Below, piece after piece: positions 21,362-31,753 of a DNA stretch of 64,000 bases (the first letter of the stretch is position 1; each line of letters begins with the position of its first letter). Below the pieces are notes generated by a model, which did not search any database, was not told the origin of the DNA, and was given only the letters and a program-made list of their open reading frames with translations. The DNA lies in NCBI GenBank assembly GCA_045545475.1, contig JAZQAZ010000002.1, positions 1 to 64,000 of the forward strand, in the 5' to 3' direction. The position numbers and the translations under genes were made by a program. This DNA is from Clostridia bacterium (GTDB taxonomy: Bacteria > Bacillota > Clostridia > CAKSNL01 > HGM11501).

Positions 21362-22372
21362 ATGAATCTTGCTGATATGACGGTTAAAGAAATGGCTGAC
21401 AGGCTTGGTATTCAAAGCTATAAGGCAAAGCAGCTTTATAAATGGATAAGACGAGGCGAGACGGATGTTGATAAAATGACAGATCTTCCGCTCAGCTTAA
21501 GAGAAAAACTTAAAACAGAATATGAGCTTTTCTTTCCTGAGGTTTACATGAAGTTTTCGTCGAAGATAGATGAGACGGTTAAGTATCTTATCAGACTTTC
21601 TGACGGGAACATAGTTGAAACTGTTTTGATGAGTTATGAACACGGAAAGAGCATATGTATCTCAACCCAAGTGGGATGCCGAATGGGATGTGCTTTCTGT
21701 GCATCAACAATGGACGGCCTTATAAGAAATCTTACCCCTTCTGAAATCGAGGGGCAGATAAGGGCAGTCTCTATTGATGCAAATGTGAGAATTTCAAACG
21801 TAGTACTGATGGGCATAGGTGAACCGCTTGATAATTACGACAATGTAATTGCGGCACTTTCGGCAATAAATAACCCGGATGGACTTAATATCGGTTATCG
21901 CCATATTACGCTTTCAACCTGCGGACTTACCGAAGGAATTAAAAAGCTTACTAATGAGAATATTCCGATAACACTTGCACTTTCGCTTCATTCAACAACA
22001 GATGAGGCCCGCCGTAAAATAATGCCTGCGGCAAAAGCCACAACGATCAAGGAACTTATTTCTTTGATGGACGCATATTCTGCTAAAACAGGAAGAAGGG
22101 TGAGCTACGAATATTCTTTGATAAGCGGAGTAAACGACAGCGTTGCTGAAGCGGAAAAGCTGGGAAAGCTGCTTTCAGGAAAGCTTTGCCACGTTAATCT
22201 CATTGAAGTTAATCCCGTCGAAGGAAGAAACTTCAAGCGGGGAAAGAACAAATACGAGTTTATAAAAATTCTTGAAAAGTTTAATGTAACGGCAACTTTA
22301 AGAAGAGAACTTGGAAAAGACATAAGTGCTTCGTGCGGACAACTTAAAAAATCTATGATAAAGGGGGAATGA
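21362..22372 (+). CDS. rlmN: 23S rRNA m2A2503 methyltransferase RlmN
   Basis: CISTQVGCRMGCAFCAS radical SAM motif, MGIGEP, SASCGQL. Confidence 0.95.
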   Translation: MNLADMTVKEMADRLGIQSYKAKQLYKWIRRGETDVDKMTDLPLSLREKLKTEYELFFPEVYMKFSSKIDETVKYLIRLSDGNIVETVLMSYEHGKSICISTQVGCRMGCAFCASTMDGLIRNLTPSEIEGQIRAVSIDANVRISNVVLMGIGEPLDNYDNVIAALSAINNPDGLNIGYRHITLSTCGLTEGIKKLTNENIPITLALSLHSTTDEARRKIMPAAKATTIKELISLMDAYSAKTGRRVSYEYSLISGVNDSVAEAEKLGKLLSGKLCHVNLIEVNPVEGRNFKRGKNKYEFIKILEKFNVTATLRRELGKDISASCGQLKKSMIKGE

Positions 22373-23070
22373 ATATGTATTTTGCAGGAAAAACAGACAA
22401 AGGCATGGTAAGAGAAAACAATGAAGACTTTTTCTATGCTGACGGAAAGCTTCTTGTTGTGGCTGACGGAATGGGCGGACACAATGCCGGAGAAGTAGCA
22501 AGTAAGCTTGCTGTAAATACAGTCATTTCTGTTCTGGACGGAATTGAAGGGGACTACGAGAAGCATATTATTTTGGCTATAAAGGAAGCTAATGAAAAGG
22601 TATACAACATGGCAACCGGAGAAAGAGAAGGAATGGGAACCACTCTGGACATCGGAATTTACGAATCGGGAAAACTTTACCTTGGCCATGTGGGAGACAG
22701 CAGAGTGTATGTGATAAGAAACGGACAGGCGATAAAAATAACAGAAGACCATTCTTATGTGGAAATGCTTTTAAAAAAGGGTGAAATAACTCAGGAAGAA
22801 GCAAAAAACTACCCGATGAAAAACATGATAACAAGAGCAATAGGTGTAGGCAAAGAAGTCGAGGGAGACTTTTACGAATTTAATATAGAAGATGGGGACA
22901 AAATTCTTTTCTGCACTGACGGACTTACAAATATGTTGACAGACGGAGAAATTGCAGAGATTATACTTGGCAGCGACGATACTGCCTCAGCGGCGGAAAA
23001 GCTTCTGGAAAAGGCAAATGCTGCAGGCGGAAAAGACAATATAACAGTGATTGTCGCAGACAAATTTTAA
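22369..23070 (+). CDS. stp1: PP2C-type Ser/Thr phosphatase Stp1/PrpC
   Basis: RENNED, VADGMGGH, HVGDSR, CTDGL, GGKDNITV. Confidence 0.93.
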   Translation: MNMYFAGKTDKGMVRENNEDFFYADGKLLVVADGMGGHNAGEVASKLAVNTVISVLDGIEGDYEKHIILAIKEANEKVYNMATGEREGMGTTLDIGIYESGKLYLGHVGDSRVYVIRNGQAIKITEDHSYVEMLLKKGEITQEEAKNYPMKNMITRAIGVGKEVEGDFYEFNIEDGDKILFCTDGLTNMLTDGEIAEIILGSDDTASAAEKLLEKANAAGGKDNITVIVADKF

Positions 23071-23121
23071 TTTGAGATATACCTTTTGGTAAAAATACAT
23101 CTCCGGAAAGGAATGTCAGAT

Positions 23122-25041
23122 ATGGGTGAAATTATTCTTGGAGGAAGATACATAATTGAAAGTGAAATAGGTACAGGCGGCATGGCCATAGTGTATAAGG
23201 CTATGGATAAAATGCTTAACAGAACTGTGGCTGTAAAGGTTTTAAGACCTGAATTTAAGCAGGACGAAGAATTTATAAAACGTTTTGACATAGAGGCAAA
23301 GGCTGCCGCAGGTTTAAGCCATCCGAATATTGTAGGCATTTACGATGTGGGAATACACGAGGGACTAAGATATATCGTAATGGAATATGTGGACGGCACT
23401 ACGCTTAAAGAATATATAACTAAAATGGGGAAGGTACCCTGGAAAAATGCGTTTAAATTTGCACTTCAGATATGTGCGGCACTTGGCCATGCTCATGAGC
23501 GTAAGGTTATACACAGAGATATAAAGCCTCATAATATTATGGTAGGCAGCGACGGAGCACTCAAGGTCATGGATTTTGGTATTGCAAGGGCAACCTCTGC
23601 ATCCACAACGACTCTTGGCTCTAAGGTTCTGGGTTCAGCTCATTATCTTTCTCCCGAACAGGCGAGAGGCGGATTTACTGACGAACGAAGCGATCTTTAT
23701 TCTCTTGGTGTTTGTCTTTACGAAATGGTAACCGGAAAGGTGCCTTTTGAAGCTGATAATACGGTTGCTGTTGCCATGCAGCATTTACAGAAGGAGCCTG
23801 AAAAGCCTTCAGACTTTACAGAAGACCTTCCTGCTGCTGCCGAATATATTATATTAAAGGCAATGCGTAAAGAACAAAGCCAGAGATATCTGTCGGCTTC
23901 TGCTATGGAGTCCGATATTTTGAGACTTATGGCAGATCCTTCTGTGGAATTGAGCGATAATGATAACCAGGGTTTCTATTCCACGAAACAAATTGATGTG
24001 GAGGAAATTGCAGAGGAAAGCCGTAAGGCCGGTGAGGCTTCTTCTAAAAAAACAGAAAATAAGAATGTTAAAAAAATTATCGGAATCAGTGTTTTGTGTG
24101 TGGCAATCGTTGCAGTAATGGCACTGGGAGCCAAGATAGCTTTTGACTGGTTTTACAAAGGAACTGATGACATAATAACGCCTAATCTTAAAGGACTTAC
24201 GTTAAGTCAGGCTGAGGAAAAGGTTTTAGAGCTTGATGAAGAAATCGTTGTTGTTGTAAGAAAAGAAGAATACAGTGTTCAGGAAGAAAAGGATAAAATT
24301 ATAAGTCAGGAGCCAGAAGAAGGAAAAAATATTCCCGGATCAAAAGAAATTTATGTTGTTGTAAGTCTTGGTGCTGAAATGTTTAAGCTGGATGATTTCG
24401 TTGGTGAAAATTCTGACTATGCCCTTGAGGTTGTAAAAGAACTTGGACTTAAGGGACAGATTATAGTGGAAGAAAATGATGACTACAACGAGAAGCACGA
24501 CGAAGGACTTGTTACAAGACAGGAACCCGCAGAAGGCACGATGGTAAGAAGCGGAGACGTGGTTATTCTTTACGAAAGTAAGGGAGGAGAAGATATTGAT
24601 CCGAAAATTCCTGATGTGACAGGCATGGACATTAATGAGGCAAAGACCACTCTTAATAACAAAGGATATTATAATATTAATATCACAGAAGAAGTGAATA
24701 AAGACGTGATAGAAGGTACGGTTCTCAGCCAGAGCCCCGAAAGTCCTTCCAGAATCAATGTGGAGGATGTAATAGAATTGGTTGTATCTACGACAAAGGA
24801 ACCGGAGAATATCGAGAAAGAAGAAACGTCTCAGAAAAAAGCTACTCTTACTTTTACTGTTCCGGCAGGAACGGCGGCAGTAAATGTTAAGGTTATAAGA
24901 GGGGATAACGGTGAGACGGTTTACAAGAAAACTCACAATCCGCTGGATACGGTAAGCATTGAAGTAAAGGCCGGCACATCCGTTGCCTATGAGATCTATA
25001 TTAACGACGTATTTTACGAAGAAAAGAGTGTGCAGGGTTAA
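23122..25041 (+). CDS. pknB: PASTA-domain Ser/Thr kinase PknB/PrkC
   Basis: IGTGGMAIVY, HRDIKPHN, DFGIA, SPEQARG, TM helix, three PASTA-like repeats. Confidence 0.95.
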   Translation: MGEIILGGRYIIESEIGTGGMAIVYKAMDKMLNRTVAVKVLRPEFKQDEEFIKRFDIEAKAAAGLSHPNIVGIYDVGIHEGLRYIVMEYVDGTTLKEYITKMGKVPWKNAFKFALQICAALGHAHERKVIHRDIKPHNIMVGSDGALKVMDFGIARATSASTTTLGSKVLGSAHYLSPEQARGGFTDERSDLYSLGVCLYEMVTGKVPFEADNTVAVAMQHLQKEPEKPSDFTEDLPAAAEYIILKAMRKEQSQRYLSASAMESDILRLMADPSVELSDNDNQGFYSTKQIDVEEIAEESRKAGEASSKKTENKNVKKIIGISVLCVAIVAVMALGAKIAFDWFYKGTDDIITPNLKGLTLSQAEEKVLELDEEIVVVVRKEEYSVQEEKDKIISQEPEEGKNIPGSKEIYVVVSLGAEMFKLDDFVGENSDYALEVVKELGLKGQIIVEENDDYNEKHDEGLVTRQEPAEGTMVRSGDVVILYESKGGEDIDPKIPDVTGMDINEAKTTLNNKGYYNINITEEVNKDVIEGTVLSQSPESPSRINVEDVIELVVSTTKEPENIEKEETSQKKATLTFTVPAGTAAVNVKVIRGDNGETVYKKTHNPLDTVSIEVKAGTSVAYEIYINDVFYEEKSVQG

Positions 25042-25907
25042 TGCGCGGAAGAATAACAAAGGGCGTAGGCGGACTTTATACAGTGGAAGCCGACGGAGTT
25101 ATGTATGAGTGTTCCGTAAGAGGCAAGTTCAGACAAAAGAATTATCTTTCACCTCTGGTGGGGGACTTTGTGGATATAGTGCAGATTGACGAAGAGACAT
25201 CGGCAATAAATGAGATATTGCCAAGAAAAAATATGCTGATACGTCCTAATGTTGCAAACATTGATAACCTTATAATTACCTTTGCGGTACAAAGTCCGAA
25301 ACCAGACCTTTTACTGGTGGATAAACTGTCGGCAGTGGCGTTATCTAAAGATATCGGAGTCATAATATCGATTACTAAGAGCGACCTTAATGATGCATCG
25401 GAGTATGTTTCAATTTATGAGTCGGCCGGCTTTCCGGTAATAGTTACAGGAAAAGATAATAGGGACGGCGTTGAAAAGCTTAAAGAGCTTACAAAGGATA
25501 AGGTTACGGCTTTCGCCGGTGCTTCCGGCGTGGGAAAATCCACTTTACTCAATTCGTTTGGAGAAGAATTTTCGTTGAAAACGGGAAATGTAAGCGAAAA
25601 AATTGAGCGAGGAAAGCATACAACCAGACATGCAGAACTGCTTTCTTTGTCTTACGGAGGATATGTCCTGGATACACCGGGATTCAGCTCCTTTGAGGCT
25701 ACGGATATCGACATCCCGGCATGTTTCCCTGAGTTTGCTTCTCACATGGAATACTGCCGTTTTAACGACTGTACCCACAGAAACGAGCCTGATTGCGGAG
25801 TGAAGGCAGCACTGGAACGCGGGGAAATTTTCGCATCCAGATATGACAGCTATATAAAAATGGTTGAAGAAAAGAAAGAATATGAAAAATACAACCCGAA
25901 AGGATGA
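25041..25907 (+). CDS. rsgA: Ribosome small subunit-dependent GTPase A
   Basis: TKSDL, GASGVGKSTL, GKHTTR, DTPGF, CRFNDCTHRNEPDC. Confidence 0.96.
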   Translation: MRGRITKGVGGLYTVEADGVMYECSVRGKFRQKNYLSPLVGDFVDIVQIDEETSAINEILPRKNMLIRPNVANIDNLIITFAVQSPKPDLLLVDKLSAVALSKDIGVIISITKSDLNDASEYVSIYESAGFPVIVTGKDNRDGVEKLKELTKDKVTAFAGASGVGKSTLLNSFGEEFSLKTGNVSEKIERGKHTTRHAELLSLSYGGYVLDTPGFSSFEATDIDIPACFPEFASHMEYCRFNDCTHRNEPDCGVKAALERGEIFASRYDSYIKMVEEKKEYEKYNPKG

Positions 25908-25913
25908 CAGAAA

Positions 25914-26564
25914 ATGATAAAAATTTCACCTTCGATTCTTGCATCTGATTTTGCAAACCTTGAAAAGGAAATAAAGAAAATTGACGAGGCCGGAGCAGAC
26001 CTTATTCATATTGATGTAATGGACGGATGTTTTGTTCCTAATATTTCTTTCGGTTTGCCGGTAATATCGGCAATAAGAAAATGCACAGAGAAACCATTTG
26101 ATGTGCATCTTATGATTGATGCACCAGAGCGTTATATTGAAGACTTTAAAAAGGCCGGAGCGGATATTGTAACCGTACATGCCGAGGCAACTCGTCATCT
26201 TCACAGAACACTTCAGAGTATAAAAGCTCTGGGGCTTAAGGCCGGCGTTGCATTAAATCCTGGAACGGATGAGTCGGTTATTAAATATGTTTTGGATTAT
26301 ACCGATATGGTGCTTGTAATGACAGTTAATCCGGGATTTGGCGGACAGAAATTTATTCCCGAAACAGTGGAGAAAATCCGAAAGGTGAAAGAAATTATAG
26401 GTGAAAGAGAAATAGATATACAGGTAGATGGCGGAATAAGTGCAGGAAATGTATCGGTTGTTGTTGAAGCGGGAGCTAATGTAATTGTTGCAGGCTCTGC
26501 AATCTTTAACGCACCTTCAGCGAAGGAAGAAATTGATAAAATGAAAAGCTGTGAGGCAAAATGA
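25914..26564 (+). CDS. rpe: Ribulose-phosphate 3-epimerase
   Basis: [37 protein letters not shown]. Confidence 0.97.
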   Translation: MIKISPSILASDFANLEKEIKKIDEAGADLIHIDVMDGCFVPNISFGLPVISAIRKCTEKPFDVHLMIDAPERYIEDFKKAGADIVTVHAEATRHLHRTLQSIKALGLKAGVALNPGTDESVIKYVLDYTDMVLVMTVNPGFGGQKFIPETVEKIRKVKEIIGEREIDIQVDGGISAGNVSVVVEAGANVIVAGSAIFNAPSAKEEIDKMKSCEAK

Positions 26565-27169
26565 AAAAAGCTTTGATTGTAGCAGCAGGAAGTATTGACG
26601 GCATAAAGATAAATGAACAATATGATTTGATAATTGCAGCAGATGGCGGATATGACAAGGCAAAGGCTTTGGGTTTAGAACCTGATATATTCATAGGAGA
26701 CATGGATTCTTTGGAGTCCCCTCTTGAAGATGTAGAAGAAATTAAACTTGAAGTCCATAAGGATTTTACCGATACCGAGGCGGCAATAGAAAAGGCTGTT
26801 GAAGAAGGGTATGAAAGTATCACGGTTATAGGAGGCATCGGAACGAGGTTTGATCACTCCATGGCCAACGCATGCCTGCTTAAAAAATATGTAGGTAAAG
26901 GAATTAAAATTATACTTAAAGATGCCCATAATGAGATATTTGCTTTCAGCGAAAGCTGTGAAATAAAAGGACATAGGGGAGAAACGATTTCCTTTCTTCC
27001 TCTTGACAGCGTTGTTAAAGGTGTTTCTCTTGAAGGATTTTATTATCCGCTTTTAAATGCTGAAGTTAAAATCGGAGAGACTCTTACGGTGAGTAATATA
27101 ATTACAGAAGAAACGGCAAGAGTAAAGGCAGAAAAAGGGGTACTTCTTGCGATTATTGCAAAGGACTAA
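26561..27169 (+). CDS. thiN: Thiamine pyrophosphokinase
   Basis: AADGG, GDMDS, KDFTDTE, GTRFDH; follows rpe. Confidence 0.93.
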   Translation: MKKALIVAAGSIDGIKINEQYDLIIAADGGYDKAKALGLEPDIFIGDMDSLESPLEDVEEIKLEVHKDFTDTEAAIEKAVEEGYESITVIGGIGTRFDHSMANACLLKKYVGKGIKIILKDAHNEIFAFSESCEIKGHRGETISFLPLDSVVKGVSLEGFYYPLLNAEVKIGETLTVSNIITEETARVKAEKGVLLAIIAKD

Positions 27170-27183
27170 AAAATTGAACTAAT

Positions 27184-27211
27184 AAAAAAGCAGCCGGGAG
27201 GCTGCTTTTTT
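27184..27211. terminator. Bidirectional terminator between thiN and the acyl-CoA ligase
   Basis: aaaaaagcagcc-ggga-ggctgctttttt. Confidence 0.85.
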
Positions 27212-28743
27212 TATATCATATTTCTTTTGATTTTACCTGTTGTGGTTTTCTTGAATTCTTCGGTGGTATATTCAACAAGCTTTATTTCTTTGAAAGAAAC
27301 CAGGTTTGCATTTATCTTTTTGATTTCTTCTGCCAGCACATCCGGATTTGTAAGCTCCTCGTCGTAAACGATTTTGGCGGCAATTTTGGGACGCTCTTCA
27401 TTTGTGAGATAAATAACTGATTCTTTGACTCCCGGAATTCCGCTTATAAGAAGCTCTATTTCTTCGGGAAAAACATTTTTGCCGTTGGGAAGTACTATGA
27501 CATTTTTCTTTCTTCCGCTGACAAAGATGAATCCGTCTTTGTCTATATAACCAAGGTCACCGGTGTGAAAATATCCGTCGATAACAGGTGATACATCTTC
27601 GCCCATATAGCCAAGCATTATATTGGGACCTTTTGCTATTATTTCGCCGATGCCGTTTTCATCGGGATTGTCTATTCTTATTTCAATTCCGGGAAGAGGC
27701 TTTCCAATTGAGCCAAGTCGCATGTTGTCGTCGTTTTCTGCTGACAGTACGGGAGCGGTTTCTGTGAGGCCATATCCCTGAATGAGAAGAATTCCGATGT
27801 CATTAAAGAAGTTTATGGTTTCGGGACTTAATGCTGCAGCACCGCTTATGATAAGACGGAGCTTGCTTAAATTTTTACGAACAATTTTGAAGAGAGGACC
27901 TCTCAAATCAATTTTAAGCTTTAAGAAAAAGCGGGATATTGCACGAAGTGCATTGAATAATCCGAGAATCTTTTTCTTTCTGAGAACAGTTTCCACGGTT
28001 TCTTTCATTCTGTCGAGAATCAGGGGAACTCCGACAAATACAGTAATGTCATACTCGTCAAGAGCCTTCTTTACGCGTAATCCCTCGCAGAACACAGAAC
28101 ACATTCCTAAATTAAGGAACAGGAGTGTTGCAGTAAGGCCGAAGGCGTGGAAGAATGGGAGAAGTGCAAGGTTTACATCGTTTTCGTAAAAATTTTCCCA
28201 TTTTATCAAACCATCAACATTGGAAAGAATGTTGGTTTGGGAAAGCATAACTGCTTTGGAGTCTGAGGTAGTGCCGGAAGTGAACATTAATACGCCTATT
28301 TCATCGGGATTTCTTATGGGCATTTCGTGGCTATTTTTCGATTTAAGCGATTCTAAATCTTCCATGCTTATTTTTAAGGGGATATTTTGCTTTTCTGCTT
28401 TTTCTGAAATTTCTTTTGAATAGATAAGGAGAGATGCAAAGCTTCTTTCCATTACCCTTGAAAATTCAACTTCAGGCAGATTGGCATCAACAGGTACAAG
28501 AATATTTCCGCTGTAAAATACTGCCAGTGCGGAAATAACCCAATTGTAAGAGTTTTTGCCTGAAACGGCAATGTATTTGTCGGTAAGACCTTTTTCAATT
28601 ATGCCGTTGGCGAGGGCAGTAACATCTGAATATAATCTGCCATAGCTGATTTTTACCTGCTGTTTATTTTCCTTTATAATAAAAGCGATATTATTTTTGA
28701 ATTTTGCACAAATATTGTCAAGCATTGTTTTCATTGTATACAT
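27211..28743 (-). CDS. Long-chain acyl-CoA synthetase (AMP-binding family)
   Basis: FTSGTTSDSKAV, QGYGLTE, FHTGDLG, GRKKNVIVLPNGKNVFPEE. Confidence 0.9.
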   Translation of the reverse strand: MYTMKTMLDNICAKFKNNIAFIIKENKQQVKISYGRLYSDVTALANGIIEKGLTDKYIAVSGKNSYNWVISALAVFYSGNILVPVDANLPEVEFSRVMERSFASLLIYSKEISEKAEKQNIPLKISMEDLESLKSKNSHEMPIRNPDEIGVLMFTSGTTSDSKAVMLSQTNILSNVDGLIKWENFYENDVNLALLPFFHAFGLTATLLFLNLGMCSVFCEGLRVKKALDEYDITVFVGVPLILDRMKETVETVLRKKKILGLFNALRAISRFFLKLKIDLRGPLFKIVRKNLSKLRLIISGAAALSPETINFFNDIGILLIQGYGLTETAPVLSAENDDNMRLGSIGKPLPGIEIRIDNPDENGIGEIIAKGPNIMLGYMGEDVSPVIDGYFHTGDLGYIDKDGFIFVSGRKKNVIVLPNGKNVFPEEIELLISGIPGVKESVIYLTNEERPKIAAKIVYDEELTNPDVLAEEIKKINANLVSFKEIKLVEYTTEEFKKTTTGKIKRNMI

Positions 28744-28891
28744 AAAAAACCTCCTAATACGTTGCATCTGAATATCTAGTATGCAATACTATATTATCAC
28801 GTTTTTTATATTTTGTCAATAGGCGTAAGAAAATATATTTGACAATGTGCTTGTTTTTATATATAATAGTTTTAATAAAGGAGAGGTTTTT

Positions 28892-29428
28892 ATGAAATTG
28901 GATAAAGCGGTATTGGAAAAATCCATCGCCGATTGGGAAAAGAATGCTGAGGAAAAGCATTTGCCCACATGGGAAGAGCTTCCGGGAATTGAATTATATA
29001 TGGATCAGGTCATTACTCTGCTTGGAGAATATCTTTCGATTATGGGAGGGGAAAAGGTTATAACCCAGCCTATGATTAATAATTATGTAAAGCTTGGAAT
29101 AATGCCTGCTCCGGTGAAAAAACGATATTCTAAAAAACATCTTGCTTTTCTTATCGTAATATGTTTTCTTAAGCAAACTTTGAGTATGGAGCTTATTAAA
29201 AAAATAATTCCTGTTGAAAGCAGCGATGAGGAAATAACGGAAATATATAAGGCGTTTACAGAAAATCAAAAAAAAGCATACAGTTATGTAATGGAAAATG
29301 TGAAAAAAGTGGCAGGCCCTATTCTTGAAACAGAAAGCAATAAAAGAATGAACGACCTTGTTATGCAGATAAGCATTACGTCTAATATGTGTAAGCTTTT
29401 AACAGAGACGATTATCCCGAATGAATAA
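28892..29428 (+). CDS. DUF1836 domain-containing protein (putative DNA-binding)
   Basis: LP.WEELP.IELYMDQV...MINNYVK.G..PAPVKKRYSKKH..L..I..LKQ.LS. Confidence 0.88.
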   Translation: MKLDKAVLEKSIADWEKNAEEKHLPTWEELPGIELYMDQVITLLGEYLSIMGGEKVITQPMINNYVKLGIMPAPVKKRYSKKHLAFLIVICFLKQTLSMELIKKIIPVESSDEEITEIYKAFTENQKKAYSYVMENVKKVAGPILETESNKRMNDLVMQISITSNMCKLLTETIIPNE

Positions 29429-29447
29429 TTTTAGAAAGGAGAAACAT

Positions 29448-30554
29448 ATGAAAAAGAAATTTATATTTATCATATCTCTACTTACAATGATTCTCGTTAT
29501 GGGAATGGCTTCTTCAGCTCATGAACAGCTGCAGGATGCGACTTTGGAAATAACAGTAACTGCTACAAACGGAGGAAGAGTTTATCGTGGAGATGACAAC
29601 TGGTCTGCACTTACAGGGCTTGAACTCAGCAGAGGCACAGAAATTACACTTGAGGCAATAGAAAATAAAGGTAAGTTCGTATACTGGAAAGATGAGATAA
29701 GTAAAAAGATTATTTCCGATGATCCTACATACACGTTTACCTTGATAAATGACGTGAATATAACGGCATTTTTCTTGCCGGATAGCTTTCTGACATCATA
29801 TGGATACGTTACTTTTGCTGACATAAACGGAAGAATTTTTCGCTCCAATTATGTAGCAGACGGTGCTGCAGCAAAAGAACCTGATGTTTCCTGGGTGGAA
29901 AATCCGGGATACACTCTTGTGGGATGGGATTCTGACGAATGGAAGGATGTTTCGGCAGGAGAAATATTGCTTATAAGAACCGAGTATGAGAAAAAGGAAG
30001 TCAGCTACGAGCTTTCGGTTACCGGAGGTAGCAGTGACCCGCTGCTTTCGGAATATGAATATGATGAGTTGGTAACTATAGTTGCCGATGCGGCATCGAT
30101 ACCGCAGGATAAAGTTTTTGCAGGATGGAATGTAAACGGAGAAAAGGTTGCAAATTCCAAAATATTCGGTATAAGAATGGGCTGTAACGTTGAAGCGGAA
30201 GCTGTATATGCTGAAGAAGAAAGTGAAAATCTTCCGCTAGTGGCAGTTATTGATGTGGATGCTGAGGTTTATTCCGATGGCGTATCAATTCTTATGATGA
30301 GAAATATTCCTGAGGAATATGAAGTTGTTGAATCAGGTATGCTTATGGCTTACGGTACGTCTGAAGATGCTCTTACAATAGATTCTGCCTCGGTAACAGT
30401 AGCGAAGGCATTGGATGATTCGCACAGAGGGATGTACAGATATAACAAGAATCTTGGAACAGGTGCGACTTTAAGAGTAGTTCCTTATGTGATTTACAAA
30501 ACTGACGATACGCTTTATATAACTTATGGTACAGAAAAAAGAATAACAAGATAA
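29448..30554 (+). CDS. Secreted beta-rich protein with divergent InlB B-repeat-like modules
   Basis: Signal peptide; repeated 'ITLEA...FVYW...YTFT..DVNITAFF', 'GYTLVGWD' and 'VTIVA...FAGWN...EAVY' units. Confidence 0.65.
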   Translation: MKKKFIFIISLLTMILVMGMASSAHEQLQDATLEITVTATNGGRVYRGDDNWSALTGLELSRGTEITLEAIENKGKFVYWKDEISKKIISDDPTYTFTLINDVNITAFFLPDSFLTSYGYVTFADINGRIFRSNYVADGAAAKEPDVSWVENPGYTLVGWDSDEWKDVSAGEILLIRTEYEKKEVSYELSVTGGSSDPLLSEYEYDELVTIVADAASIPQDKVFAGWNVNGEKVANSKIFGIRMGCNVEAEAVYAEEESENLPLVAVIDVDAEVYSDGVSILMMRNIPEEYEVVESGMLMAYGTSEDALTIDSASVTVAKALDDSHRGMYRYNKNLGTGATLRVVPYVIYKTDDTLYITYGTEKRITR

Positions 30555-30590
30555 AAAAACACCGCATTGCAAAAGCAATGCGGTGTTTTT
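30555..30590. terminator. Bidirectional terminator before the lexA 3' end
   Basis: aaaaacaccgcattgc-aaaa-gcaatgcggtgttttt. Confidence 0.85.
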
Positions 30591-30593
30591 GTT

Positions 30594-31199
30594 TTAAAAT
30601 TTCCTGTAAACGCCTACAACTTTTCCGAGTATTGCAACTTCACGTACGATTATGGGATCCATGTAGTCGTTTTCGGGCTGAAGACGGATATGGTCGGATT
30701 CTTTATAGAAGGTCTTAACCGTAACTTCATCATCGATTAGAGCAACAACCATCTGTCCGTTGTTTGCAACGTTTGTCTGCTCAACTATTATATAGTCTCC
30801 GGAGAAAATGCCGGCATTAATCATGGATTCGCCTCTTACTTTAAGCATGAACACTTCGCCTTTCTTTGCAAAGTCCATGGGGAGAGGAAAGGTGCGTTCA
30901 ATATCCTCCTGAGCTGCAATGGGAACACCTGCCGCAACAGTACCTAAAACAGGAACTTCAAGAAATTCCTTTTCAGTAAAGGTTTCGGATTCCTTTTCTG
31001 AAACCTTTATTGCCCTGGTCTTGGAATCTGCCTTGTCAAGCTTTCCGGCCTTTCTTAAGCGTTCGATGTGCCCATGTACGGTAGAGGGAGATTTTAACCC
31101 CACACCGTCACATATTTCTCGGATAGTGGGAGGGTAGCCGTTTTCCTTGGTGTATTCATTTATAAAGTCAAGAATGTTCTGGGATCTGTCTTTTGACAT
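30594..31199 (-). CDS. lexA: SOS repressor LexA
   Basis: GYPPTIREIC..VGLKSPSTVH wHTH, VAAG cleavage site, GESM Ser, VTVK Lys, LQPEN. Confidence 0.97.
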   Translation of the reverse strand: MSKDRSQNILDFINEYTKENGYPPTIREICDGVGLKSPSTVHGHIERLRKAGKLDKADSKTRAIKVSEKESETFTEKEFLEVPVLGTVAAGVPIAAQEDIERTFPLPMDFAKKGEVFMLKVRGESMINAGIFSGDYIIVEQTNVANNGQMVVALIDDEVTVKTFYKESDHIRLQPENDYMDPIIVREVAILGKVVGVYRKF

Positions 31200-31228
31200 T
31201 GAGAAAACCTCTTTCCTTAGAATAATAA

Positions 31229-31370
31229 GAATGTATGTTCTACTGTTATTATAACATACATCTTGCGAAAATGCAAACATTTGTTTTGTTTTTTTGAAAT
31301 TTTTTTAAAAAACACTTGACAAAGAACATTTGTTCGTGTATTATATGAATACAAACAAGAACAAGAGTTC
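31229..31370. promoter_or_regulatory. Divergent lexA/yneA sigma-A promoters with four SOS boxes
   Basis: GAACATTTGTTC 31324-31335 and GAACAAGAGTTC 31359-31370 (perfect), GAATGTATGTTC 31229-31240, AAACATTTGTTT 31275-31286; yneA TTGACA(31316)-17-TATTAT; lexA TTGCAT-17-TATAAT on the minus strand (31276-31248). Confidence 0.9.
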
Positions 31371-31388
31371 GCATTTGGAGGTTTTAAT

Positions 31389-31688
31389 ATGAAAAAAAGA
31401 AATATAAGAAAAATGAAAATAAGAATGTTTAAGATTATGGTAATAGCTTTGATTCTTGTGACAACAATACTCAGCTTTTCTGCATTATCCAGTGGCGATA
31501 AAAAGAGCTATGACGAATATGAAGAAGTTTATGTTCGCCCCGGGGATACTCTCTGGACAATCGCAGAGGATTTTTATGGAGATTCTGTTGATATAAGGGA
31601 AGCTGTCTATGCCATTAAAGAGTGTAGCGATATAGAGAGTGGTATGCTTTCGGTAGGGCAGAAACTTTTACTTCCGGTTCTTGATTGA
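31389..31688 (+). CDS. yneA: LysM protein, SOS cell-division inhibitor YneA-like
   Basis: TM helix plus LysM (VRPGDTLWTIA...LSVGQKLLLP); divergent from lexA with SOS boxes. Confidence 0.85.
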   Translation: MKKRNIRKMKIRMFKIMVIALILVTTILSFSALSSGDKKSYDEYEEVYVRPGDTLWTIAEDFYGDSVDIREAVYAIKECSDIESGMLSVGQKLLLPVLD

Positions 31689-31722
31689 AAAACTTTACAA
31701 ACGTATATTTGCATGATAAAAT

Positions 31723-31753
31723 AAGTACGGGTAATTCCGTGCTTGTTTTTTTT
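31723..31753 (+). terminator. Terminator after yneA
   Basis: aagtacgg-gtaatt-ccgtgctt then gtttttttt. Confidence 0.65.
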
